From: an uncultured archaeon
GTDB taxonomy: Archaea > Iainarchaeota > Iainarchaeia > Iainarchaeales > DATDZZ01
Direction: 5' to 3'
Length of the DNA stretch: 13,595 bases
NCBI GenBank assembly: GCA_964373795.1
Contig: CAYJVY010000017.1
Coordinates: forward strand, 1 to 13,595
Shown piece after piece: positions 6,731 through 12,964 of this stretch. The number at the start of each line of letters is the position of its first letter. Position 1 is the stretch's first letter. The translations under genes were made by a program, and so were the position numbers. The notes below the pieces were generated by a model. The model did no database searches, had not been told where the DNA came from, and was given only the letters and a program-made list of their open reading frames with translations.

Positions 6731-6894
6731 ACAAGGTCCAACTCCTGAAGACACATGCCTATGCGGACATTCAACTGCCGTCTCGCGTGGCAAGCGCGAT
6801 GCCACGCAAACTCTCAGCCTCGCCGGCTGCGACGTCTCGTGCGTCGACACAAGGGCCAACATCGCCTTCAGCTTCGCCGGATGAGCGGCGTAAT
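6731..6894 (-). ncRNA. GC-rich island: candidate structured RNA or 5' leader of the nurA operon (identity unknown)
   Basis: G+C is 99/160 over 6731-6890, against 15/70 over 6891-6960 (hand counts). Perfect hairpins are 6785-6792/6800-6807 (8 bp), 6830-6834/6842-6846 (5 bp) and 6875-6879/6886-6890 (5 bp). A long-range helix pairs 6745-6753 with 6863-6871: 6 Watson-Crick pairs, extended to 9 bp by one further G-C pair and two G-U pairs that exist only in the minus-sense RNA. A TATA-like box lies about 26 nt upstream of the island's 5' edge on the minus strand. Confidence 0.4.
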
Positions 6895-6916
6895 AGAAAA
6901 AGAGAATAAAAAGAAA

Positions 6917-6924
6917 TTTATAAA
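6917..6924 (-). promoter_or_regulatory. TATA-like box (TTTATAAA) predicted to start transcription at the edge of the GC island
   Basis: The palindromic TTTATAAA is preceded on the minus strand by the purine-rich AAAAGTA, which is BRE-like. Using the archaeal rule of a TATA centre near -26/-27, the start site falls at about 6892-6896. The G+C-rich sequence begins at 6890. Confidence 0.4.
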
Positions 6925-6948
6925 TACTTTTAAAGCAAATTTCCGGTG

Positions 6949-6959
6949 AAAAAGCAAAA
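6949..6959 (-). terminator. oligo-T tract (TTTTGCTTTTT on the minus strand) just after the stop of the 251-aa gene
   Basis: Archaeal termination commonly uses T-runs. This tract lies 8-18 nt downstream of the TAA at 6967-6969 and upstream of the TATA-like box. Confidence 0.3.
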
Positions 6960-6966
6960 CTTATTC

Positions 6967-7722
6967 TTATTTAAGTTCTTTTTTTACATGAGTTAAATAA
7001 CGAATTTTTTTTAACAAGGTTTGCCCTAAAGAAGGATCTAAAGAAACTCTAGCCGTTTCTCTAACAATAATTGCTTCAACAGTTGAAAAGAAAACTCGTC
7101 TAAGTTCTTCAGAAGAAAGATCTCCTGCCGCAACCAGTGCATCTCCAAGTTCTTCATTAGTTTGTTTAATAAAATCCTTTAAGTCAGGGTCTTGAGCAAA
7201 CCTTGCAGTAGTTGAAGCTGTTTTCGCTTTTTCAACTAATCTACGTGTCTCTACGGGCATTCTTTTTCTTCCAAGATCTCTGGCAATTCTTGAAGTTTCA
7301 CTTCTCTTCTTTGAAAGCACTCTAATTTTTTCAACTTGACTTAATCTTACAGGATCACTCAAAATTCCTCTTAAGTACTGCACACTAAAATCTTTAGTTA
7401 TTACTTCCATTGGATCATCAGTAAGAATGGCTAAATTCTGTAATCTTGTAATTTCATCCCTTAAAGCATCTCTAGTTGAAACTTTTTCAGGAGTAGATAA
7501 AAGTCTGTCTTTAAAAAAATATTCAAACCATTTAGTATAAGTTGGATGCCTTTTAATTTCTTCATCTGAAACTTGTCTTTCTAAAACAGACGCTTTATCA
7601 AAAAGTCCTGCAACTTTTACAGGTTTTTTCTCTGAAGACTTGTCTTTCTTCTTAAAAGGCCTTGCAAGAAAATTAGCTGTATTTCTTAGCCATTGAAATC
7701 TTTTTCGTGAGGGTAAAGGCAT
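6967..7722 (-). CDS. hypothetical protein (251 aa), basic N-terminus, helical, Arg/Glu-rich
   Basis: This is a long ORF with an SD-like AAGGTGA 7 nt upstream of the ATG. I recognise no family. Confidence 0.6.
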   Translation of the reverse strand: MPLPSRKRFQWLRNTANFLARPFKKKDKSSEKKPVKVAGLFDKASVLERQVSDEEIKRHPTYTKWFEYFFKDRLLSTPEKVSTRDALRDEITRLQNLAILTDDPMEVITKDFSVQYLRGILSDPVRLSQVEKIRVLSKKRSETSRIARDLGRKRMPVETRRLVEKAKTASTTARFAQDPDLKDFIKQTNEELGDALVAAGDLSSEELRRVFFSTVEAIIVRETARVSLDPSLGQTLLKKIRYLTHVKKELK

Positions 7723-7865
7723 TAAATATTCACCTTAATAGACTTAAGCCTGAGAAGCAATAAAAACTTATTTCTACATAATGAGTTTGCTTTTTTCATC
7801 GAAAGCCTTTTATATTAAGTAAAACTTATATTTTCAATAAATATTTTTTCAAAGGAGAGAGAAAA

Positions 7866-8237
7866 ATGAATGCAGCAAAATTTATTTTAAAAGAAATTAC
7901 TCAGGACTGGAATTCGCCTTTTAAAACAAAAATTGATGAAACAATTGTAAGTGTTTCAGAAGGAGAAAGTTTTTCAGATGACAAAGAAAAAGGATTCAAG
8001 GTATTTAAATTATTAAAAGTTACTCCTGAAAAAGCTTTAATAGAGTTTTCAAACCAATATACTTTGAAAGGACACGAACATCCAGAAAACAGACAGATAT
8101 GGATTGATAAAAAAGACTTTGCTTCTTTTTCATCTTTATGGAGTCAAAAAGGTTTAACTAAAAAATTAATGTTTAAAGAAATAGATATAGGACAAAAAGT
8201 AAATCTAAGTGAAGCTAGTTCAATTGAAACAACTTAA
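7866..8237 (+). CDS. hypothetical protein (123 aa)
   Basis: AAGGAGAG lies 6-7 nt upstream of the ATG. I recognise no family. Confidence 0.6.
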   Translation: MNAAKFILKEITQDWNSPFKTKIDETIVSVSEGESFSDDKEKGFKVFKLLKVTPEKALIEFSNQYTLKGHEHPENRQIWIDKKDFASFSSLWSQKGLTKKLMFKEIDIGQKVNLSEASSIETT

Positions 8238-8307
8238 AACTGTTTGAATTGAACTTCAAAATTTTTCGAGCAAAACTTTTTCTTATTTATTTTCAAGGAG
8301 AAATTAA

Positions 8308-8358
8308 ATGAACTTCAAACAAAGTTTGAAAACTTTAAAATTCTTGGAGGAATTTTAA
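8308..8358 (+). promoter_or_regulatory. 16-codon upstream mini-ORF (MNFKQSLKTLKFLEEF) formed by a duplicated pth2 initiation region
   Basis: AAGGAG lies 7 nt upstream of the ATG at 8308. The first 17 nt (AAATGAACTTCAAACAA) match the pth2 start (AAATGAATTTCAAACAA) at 16 of 17 positions. The TAA at 8356-8358 is immediately followed, in the same frame, by the pth2 ATG at 8359. Confidence 0.35.
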
Positions 8359-8709
8359 ATGAATTTCAAACAAGTAATTTTAATGCGAACAGATTTACAA
8401 ATGAGTAAAGGAAAGATTGCAGCTCAAACAGGACATGCAGTAATTGAAGCATTTCTTAAAACTCAAAAACAGTCTCCTGAAAACGTTCAAGAATGGCTTT
8501 CAAGCGGAGCAGAAAAAGTAGTTTTAAAGATTTCATCTGAAAAAGAATTGCTTGAATTTTTTGAAAAACTTAAAAAACTATTTCCTTGCGCTTTAATTAA
8601 AGATGCCGGACACACTCAAGTTGAAAGCGGCACTCCAACTTGTATAGGCATTGGACCAGTAAAAGAATCAGAAATAAATAAATTCACTTCAAAATTAAAG
8701 CTATTATAA
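8359..8709 (+). CDS. pth2: peptidyl-tRNA hydrolase, archaeal/eukaryotic PTH2 type
   Basis: The translation matches archaeal Pth2 along its full length: KQVILMRTDLQMSKGKIAAQTGHA..., IKDAGHTQVESGTPTCIGIGP and a C-terminal KLKLL. GGAGG lies 7 nt upstream. The protein is 116 aa. Confidence 0.93.
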   Translation: MNFKQVILMRTDLQMSKGKIAAQTGHAVIEAFLKTQKQSPENVQEWLSSGAEKVVLKISSEKELLEFFEKLKKLFPCALIKDAGHTQVESGTPTCIGIGPVKESEINKFTSKLKLL

Positions 8710-8732
8710 ACTAGTTTAACACTAATTTTTTT

Positions 8733-9038
8733 ATGCGAAGAAAAAAAATGTTACAAAACCCTGAAATAAGAAGGGACAATATAATTAGCTTGAAAAAAGC
8801 AAGAAGAGAAAGACAAGTAAAACCAGAAATACCTTTGGCGTTGGCTGTAAGAAAAATTAGACAAATGAGTGATTTAGAATTGTTAGTAATTATTAGAACA
8901 AGTAGAAGAAAACTTAGAAAAGCTGAAAGACAATTAGAACTAGAAACTCAAACTAGAGCTCCTCAAAGAATTGTTTCTTTAACCGAAGGAAGAAGACAGC
9001 AAAAAAGAGAGACAAAAATTAAACAACTTAAAGCATAG
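8733..9038 (+). CDS. hypothetical highly basic (Arg/Lys-rich) small protein, 101 aa
   Basis: The ORF starts 23 nt after pth2, with an alternative ATG at codon 6. There is no SD. The composition suggests nucleic-acid binding. I recognise no family. Confidence 0.45.
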   Translation: MRRKKMLQNPEIRRDNIISLKKARRERQVKPEIPLALAVRKIRQMSDLELLVIIRTSRRKLRKAERQLELETQTRAPQRIVSLTEGRRQQKRETKIKQLKA

Positions 9039-9142
9039 AGAGATAGTTTTGCTAAAAATGCTTGGAACAGCAAGACAAACACTTATGTTAAGGTATGGAA
9101 AAACTGCATTCAATGCATTAATGACTTTAAACAAGTTATGGG

Positions 9143-9961
9143 ATGAAAAAACTAGATAAACAGTTTAAAATCAGTTTTGCTTTACTGATTTTTATGGTTA
9201 AAGAAGGGTTCCTGAAAAGAGTACATAACGTAATTAATAAAGCAGATTTATTGCTTGAAATACTGGATGCAAGGTTTCCAGAGCAAACCAGAAACAATGC
9301 TTTAGAGGAAACTATTTCAAGAAAAGGAAAAAAATTAATTCTTGTGTTAAACAAAGCAGACTTAATTTCAAAAAAAAAATTAATTAAATTAAAGAACCAA
9401 TTAAGTGAATTTACTAGAACTGTTTTTTTATCGGCTAAAGAAAAAAAAGGAATTAATTTATTGAGAAAAGAAATTGGGATTGCTTTAAGTGGTAAAGGAG
9501 TAATTGGAGTAATTGGCTACCCTAATACTGGAAAATCATCCATAATTAATGCTTTAACTGGAAGAAAGGCAGCTCCAACTTCACTTAAGGCTGGATTTAC
9601 TAGAGGAGAACAAAGAATTAGGTTAACTGAAAAAATTCAATTAATTGATACTCCAGGAATAATTCCATTTGAAGAAAAAGATGAATTCAAATTAATTTTA
9701 ACGCTTTCAAAAAACCCTAATCAAATAAGTGATGCAGAGTATTGCGCAGAAAAATTAATTCAATTACTTTTACAAGACAATGCAAAAGAATTAGAAAAAG
9801 TTTACGGAGTAAAAATTTCCAGTGAAATAAATACAGAAAAAATATTAGAAGAAATTGCTTTAAAGAAAAACAAGTTAATTAAAGGAGGCTTACCAGACAT
9901 TCAAAATGCATCCATTCAAGTCTTAATGGATTACCAAAAAGGAAAATTAAAACTATTTTAA
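9143..9961 (+). CDS. circularly permuted GTPase of the YlqF/YawG (RbgA/Nug-like ribosome-biogenesis) family
   Basis: The GTPase motifs are in permuted order: G4 LNKADL, then G1 GYPNTGKSS, then G3 DTPGI. LLEILDARFP precedes G4, as in YlqF. The start is uncertain; the ATG at 9194 (MVKEGFLKRV...) gives a more typical N-terminus than 9143. Confidence 0.85.
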   Translation: MKKLDKQFKISFALLIFMVKEGFLKRVHNVINKADLLLEILDARFPEQTRNNALEETISRKGKKLILVLNKADLISKKKLIKLKNQLSEFTRTVFLSAKEKKGINLLRKEIGIALSGKGVIGVIGYPNTGKSSIINALTGRKAAPTSLKAGFTRGEQRIRLTEKIQLIDTPGIIPFEEKDEFKLILTLSKNPNQISDAEYCAEKLIQLLLQDNAKELEKVYGVKISSEINTEKILEEIALKKNKLIKGGLPDIQNASIQVLMDYQKGKLKLF

Positions 9962-9979
9962 AATGGTTTTGAATTCCTA

Positions 9980-9998
9980 CCTGGTGCCTAAAAAATGT
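9980..9998. repeat. direct repeat copy 1 (CCTGGTGCCTAAAAAATGT)
   Basis: This 19-mer is identical to 10027-10045. It lies in the intergenic region after the GTPase gene. Confidence 0.85.
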
Positions 9999-10026
9999 CT
10001 ATTTTTTCCCTCTGAGAATTTGTTTT

Positions 10027-10045
10027 CCTGGTGCCTAAAAAATGT
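10027..10045. repeat. direct repeat copy 2 (CCTGGTGCCTAAAAAATGT)
   Basis: This 19-mer is identical to 9980-9998. The copies are 47 nt apart start to start, and this one lies about 55 nt upstream of the TATA-like box at 10097-10105. Confidence 0.85.
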
Positions 10046-10096
10046 GTTTTGTTTCACGTGCAACATTAAAAGAATTGAAAGTAATTAGCAGCAAAA

Positions 10097-10105
10097 AAAT
10101 ATAAA
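10097..10105 (+). promoter_or_regulatory. TATA-like box (AAATATAAA) at leaderless distance from the ATG at 10129
   Basis: The box centre is about 28 nt upstream of the ATG. No SD precedes the ATG. Confidence 0.35.
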
Positions 10106-10128
10106 GCTAAAAGATCTTTATAGATAGC

Positions 10129-10803
10129 ATGGAATTTGAAAGGAAGAAAAAAATCTTCACAGTATTAATTTTATTAATAGTTATTCTTTTAGGAATAATT
10201 GTTTACTTTGTTTATTTCAGTGGAAGCATTGAAATAACTAATCCAGACTTTAAAGAAAGTGGTTTACAAATTGGAGTAAAGAATACAGGAATTTTAACTG
10301 TTTCAAACATTAAAGTGTTTTACTTGAATAAAGAAGGAAAAGAGGTTTTAATTACTTTAATTCCAAAACTTGATGCACAAGAAGAAAAATTCATTCCATT
10401 AAAAGAAGAATACTTTGATGATAGAAAGGTAACAATTATTGCTTCTCCAGATTTTCAAGCAAAAGTGAAAAAAACAAGTGCTTTAAGTTTAATTGGAGGA
10501 AACTTTGAAGCAAAGGTTAGCGGGCCAACCCAAATGCAAGTAAATGTTGAAAACTCTTTTGAAGTAGCAATAACTAATACAGCTAAAATATCTCAAAACA
10601 TTTCAGTAAAAGTTGAATTCAATGAAAGCCTTGTTGGTTTCGCCGAAAAAGAGCAAAACGAGAAAATTAATGCAGGAGAAACAGAGAAATTTGTTTTCAG
10701 ACCAACTCCAAAAAAAGTTGGAGTACAAGATGTAAACATAGTTGTTTCAAATGGAGTTGAAACAAGAAAGTCTTCTCTTCCAATAAAAGTCGTAGGACGT
10801 TAA
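10129..10803 (+). CDS. N-terminally membrane-anchored extracellular protein, beta-rich (possibly CARDB/Ig-like)
   Basis: An N-terminal hydrophobic anchor is present (IFTVLILLIVILLGIIVYFVYF). It is followed by alternating beta-type sequence such as FEVAITNTAKISQNISVKVEF and VGVQDVNIVVSNG. Confidence 0.6.
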   Translation: MEFERKKKIFTVLILLIVILLGIIVYFVYFSGSIEITNPDFKESGLQIGVKNTGILTVSNIKVFYLNKEGKEVLITLIPKLDAQEEKFIPLKEEYFDDRKVTIIASPDFQAKVKKTSALSLIGGNFEAKVSGPTQMQVNVENSFEVAITNTAKISQNISVKVEFNESLVGFAEKEQNEKINAGETEKFVFRPTPKKVGVQDVNIVVSNGVETRKSSLPIKVVGR

Positions 10804-10819
10804 AAGGAGAAAAAAATTA

Positions 10820-11473
10820 ATGCCTGAAGATAAAAGTATTATTAAAGTAATTCAAGACATGGTTGCAGCAGGAGAACCAGAAGAAAAAATAATTGCAACC
10901 TTGAATGAATTAGGAATTGAAACAGAGAAAGCAAAAAAACTTTTACTGATTGGACAATCAGATGTATTTGCTTTACTTAAAAACGAAATTCATTCAATTG
11001 TTTTAAGTGATTTAGAAAAAGAAAAACCTGAAATTGATTCAATTATAGAGCAAAGAGTGTTAAAAGTAAGTGAAGAACTAGGAAAAAAAGAAGCTCTCAG
11101 AATTAAAGAAGAAATCCTTGAATGGGAAAAAGAACTTGCAACCAAATCTTATAAATTTCAAAAACAACAACAAGAAACCCTTCTAGCAGTAAAAGACTTA
11201 AACGATAGAACTCGAACAGCTTTAAACGAGTTAGGAGACAGGGTTTCAAAAGTTGAATTAGATTTAAAAGAAGCCAAAATAGGAGGTATTGGTCAAAGAA
11301 ACACTTTAATCAGTTACGCAATTCTTGCATTTGGAGCATTATTTGTTTTAATTGCATTTGGATTAATGTCATTCTTTCTAGTAATAAATCAATTAAATCC
11401 TCAAACAATTATAATAACAGTTGTAATGGGCATTTTAGGAGTAGCATTAATTTATATTTCAGGAATATTTTAA
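10820..11473 (+). CDS. coiled-coil protein with a C-terminal double transmembrane hairpin
   Basis: AAGGAG lies 9 nt upstream of the ATG. A long Glu/Lys heptad-like middle region is followed by LISYAILAFGALFVLIAFGLMSFFLVI and IIITVVMGILGVALIYISGIF. I recognise no family. Confidence 0.6.
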   Translation: MPEDKSIIKVIQDMVAAGEPEEKIIATLNELGIETEKAKKLLLIGQSDVFALLKNEIHSIVLSDLEKEKPEIDSIIEQRVLKVSEELGKKEALRIKEEILEWEKELATKSYKFQKQQQETLLAVKDLNDRTRTALNELGDRVSKVELDLKEAKIGGIGQRNTLISYAILAFGALFVLIAFGLMSFFLVINQLNPQTIIITVVMGILGVALIYISGIF

Positions 11474-11479
11474 AATACT

Positions 11480-11860
11480 TTAATACAATTTTTTTACTGC
11501 ATCTATTAGCCTTTTAAGTTCAGCTGTTGGCGTAAAATAAATGAACTTCCATCCTCTGCTGCTACTCAAAAAACCTTTCTGCTCTAATCTTCTTGCAATA
11601 CGTATTCTCTCTGAATATATTTCAGATAAACATAAGTTTTCTCCCACTCTAAGTGAAGAATTTGAAATAAAACTCGCTTCTCTTAAAGAAAGTTGTTTAT
11701 TACTTAAAAGCTTTAAATTAATGGCGAAAGTTTTGCGACTTCTGCTTGCAAGCCCAGACCTTGGATTTTTTGTTGTCCTAATGCGCCGGTTTTTATCAAG
11801 GTATTCTCCAAAGCCAGGCCTTCTTCTAGAAGGATTTGATTTTGGCTTAACTCTAGGCAA
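11480..11860 (-). CDS. hypothetical basic protein (126 aa, TTG start), possible C-terminal winged-helix
   Basis: GGAGG lies 7 nt upstream of the TTG at 11858-11860. I prefer this ORF to the overlapping plus-strand ORF 11541..11915, which is Leu-rich, looks like an antisense artefact and lacks an SD. Confidence 0.5.
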   Translation of the reverse strand: MPRVKPKSNPSRRRPGFGEYLDKNRRIRTTKNPRSGLASRSRKTFAINLKLLSNKQLSLREASFISNSSLRVGENLCLSEIYSERIRIARRLEQKGFLSSSRGWKFIYFTPTAELKRLIDAVKKLY

Positions 11861-11878
11861 TTCAATTCCTCCAAATAT

Positions 11879-12016
11879 TCAATTAAATGCTTTTCCTTGG
11901 TCTTTTATTTTTTGAAACTCTGTTAGTTTAGTTATTGCTTCCTCTAAAAGAACCCTGTTTCTAATGCTTTTTTCTTTCTCTAAAAGCTTTCTTAAATCCA
12001 TTAAAATTAGTTCCAT
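11879..12016 (-). CDS. possible 45-aa helical mini-protein (MELILMDLRKLLEKEKSIRNRVLLEEAITKLTEFQKIKDQGKAFN)
   Basis: This ORF is not in the supplied track; I translated it by hand. An A/T-rich TATA-like stretch (12041-12050) is centred about 29 nt upstream of the ATG. The TGA lies 18 nt before the next gene's TTG. Being short, it is weakly supported. Confidence 0.3.
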   Translation of the reverse strand: MELILMDLRKLLEKEKSIRNRVLLEEAITKLTEFQKIKDQGKAFN

Positions 12017-12082
12017 AACCCTCAATATAATAGTGTTTTTTAATATTTAAAAGGCTTTGCAACCACAATCAGTTTATCAAAA

Positions 12083-12493
12083 TTATTCAGGTATTTGAAT
12101 TTTTCTTAAGCCACCTTTTTTTGGTTTTTTTACCTTAATTTCTCTACCCATTTTTCTTGCCAAAGAATTAATTACTTCTTCAACATCTTGCCAATAAAGA
12201 GCTAAAACTCTTCTTCCTTTTCTAACCAAAACAAAGAACTCATCTAATTTACTCCAACACCCATCCCCAGGATATTTTTGTTTATATACTTGTTCAATTA
12301 CAAGCCTTAAAACTTTTAAACGATTAAACTGAAGTTGTCGTAAAAAATTTCTACTAATTTTTCCTTGAGGTCTTACTTCTTGTCTTACTTCTAAAACAGG
12401 TTTTCCAAATTGTTTTCTCTTTTTTGACGCTTTTGAATATTTATCTAAATTCAAAACACGAATTAAACCAAACCTTCTTCTCTCAATAGCCAT
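12083..12493 (-). CDS. hypothetical basic protein (136 aa)
   Basis: The ORF lies immediately downstream of hjc on the same strand. Both N- and C-termini are Arg/Lys-rich. I recognise no family. Confidence 0.55.
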   Translation of the reverse strand: MAIERRRFGLIRVLNLDKYSKASKKRKQFGKPVLEVRQEVRPQGKISRNFLRQLQFNRLKVLRLVIEQVYKQKYPGDGCWSKLDEFFVLVRKGRRVLALYWQDVEEVINSLARKMGREIKVKKPKKGGLRKIQIPE

Positions 12494-12553
12494 GCTTTCA
12501 ACTAAATATTTACATTTACTCTAGTTATTTAATTTAATCCTTTAATGCAAGCC

Positions 12554-12964
12554 TTAGGGCTTCAATTTAGACTGCAAGCCTAGAACAACATCCAATCTAA
12601 TTGAATGCTTTTCAGCTGTAGCTCGAGAAATAGCATAATTTTTATTGGTTTTTTTAAAGTATTGAGGTTGCAAGAAAAGCCATCCACGGTTTGGAATCTT
12701 CCAAGCAATAAATAAATCTGCATCAGCTTTTCTAACCCATTCAAACAAGCCTTGCATTTGAGCATTAGAGATATGCAAATAATTTGCATTCCATGCCTTG
12801 CATTCAAAAGCAATTTTCTTGCCTTTCCCTAAAGCAATTAAATCAGGGACTTCTCCAACTGAACCAGATCCTGCAACTCTAATAACTGCAAATTCTTGTT
12901 TTAAAATAATGTTAAACAATTCTCTTTCAGCATTTGCTCCCTTGCTATACTTGTTTTTAACCAT
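12554..12964 (-). CDS. hjc: archaeal Holliday junction resolvase Hjc
   Basis: KGANAERELFNIILKQEFAVIRVAGSGS..PDLIALGKGKKIAFECKAW..GWLF..VVLGLQ aligns with the Hjc pattern (G..aEReL...L...GfaV.R.aGS ... DliA..gkk....E.K ... GW.f ... LG.Q). This includes the catalytic E / D / E-x-K residues. The protein is 136 aa. Confidence 0.88.
   Translation of the reverse strand: MVKNKYSKGANAERELFNIILKQEFAVIRVAGSGSVGEVPDLIALGKGKKIAFECKAWNANYLHISNAQMQGLFEWVRKADADLFIAWKIPNRGWLFLQPQYFKKTNKNYAISRATAEKHSIRLDVVLGLQSKLKP

Noticed and set aside
6731-6862. The 44-codon N-terminal extension of the NurA ORF given in the ORF track (start at 6862).
   Set aside because: The extension lies entirely within the GC island and has a composition unlike any other protein here (Arg/Pro/Cys/His-rich, no Lys or Asn). 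It is followed by an ATG with an upstream AGGAG that gives a normal NurA N-terminus. It is most likely an open frame by chance in GC-rich sequence.
6731-6894. Identifying the GC island as a tRNA, intron-containing tRNA, 5S rRNA, SRP RNA, RNase P RNA, or C/D or H/ACA sRNA.
   Set aside because: - tRNA: there is no GTTCRANY-type T-loop, and the ends have no 7-bp acceptor complementarity on either strand.
- 5S, SRP and RNase P RNA: the conserved 5S and SRP motifs are absent. The segment GAATGTCCGC only loosely resembles the RNase P CR-I (GAAAGTCCG), and the element is far too short.
- C/D and H/ACA sRNA: the CTGA and GATGA-like strings are in the wrong order and spacing for a C/D sRNA. The only stem followed by ACA is 5 bp, too small for H/ACA.
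6755-6949. Plus-strand 64-aa Arg-rich ORF (MPMRTFNCRLAWQARCHANSQPRRLRRLVRRHKGQHRLQLRR...) across the GC island.
   Set aside because: Its Arg-rich composition is the expected artefact of translating CG-rich DNA. It has no SD or promoter geometry, and it runs antisense to the surrounding operon.
9058-9159. 33-codon ORF (MLGTARQTLMLRYGKTAFNALMTLNKLWDEKTR) between the basic-protein gene and the GTPase gene, and the 6+1+6 palindrome TGCATTCAATGCA at 9105-9117.
   Set aside because: The ORF has no SD and overlaps the GTPase start in another frame, and short ORFs are common by chance. The palindrome is too short to be significant and cannot form a stable hairpin.
9980-10045. CRISPR array.
   Set aside because: There are only two copies of a 19-nt repeat separated by a 28-nt spacer, with no further repeats and no cas genes in the window. 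The repeat is shorter than typical CRISPR repeats.
11541-11915. Plus-strand 124-aa ORF overlapping the 126-aa minus-strand gene.
   Set aside because: Its Leu/Phe/Ser-rich composition is typical of the antisense of a Lys/Arg/Glu-rich gene, and it has no SD. The minus-strand ORF has GGAGG at ideal spacing from its TTG start. The call remains only moderately confident.
346-12813. Other short ORFs in the track nested in or antisense to longer genes: 346-567, 700-918, 1045-1254, 2236-2436, 3258-3614, 4977-5306, 6240-6431, 9136-9354 and 12580-12813.
   Set aside because: Each lies wholly or mostly inside a longer ORF with recognisable domains or better start signals. Their compositions look like off-frame or antisense translation, and none has an SD or promoter-like context.
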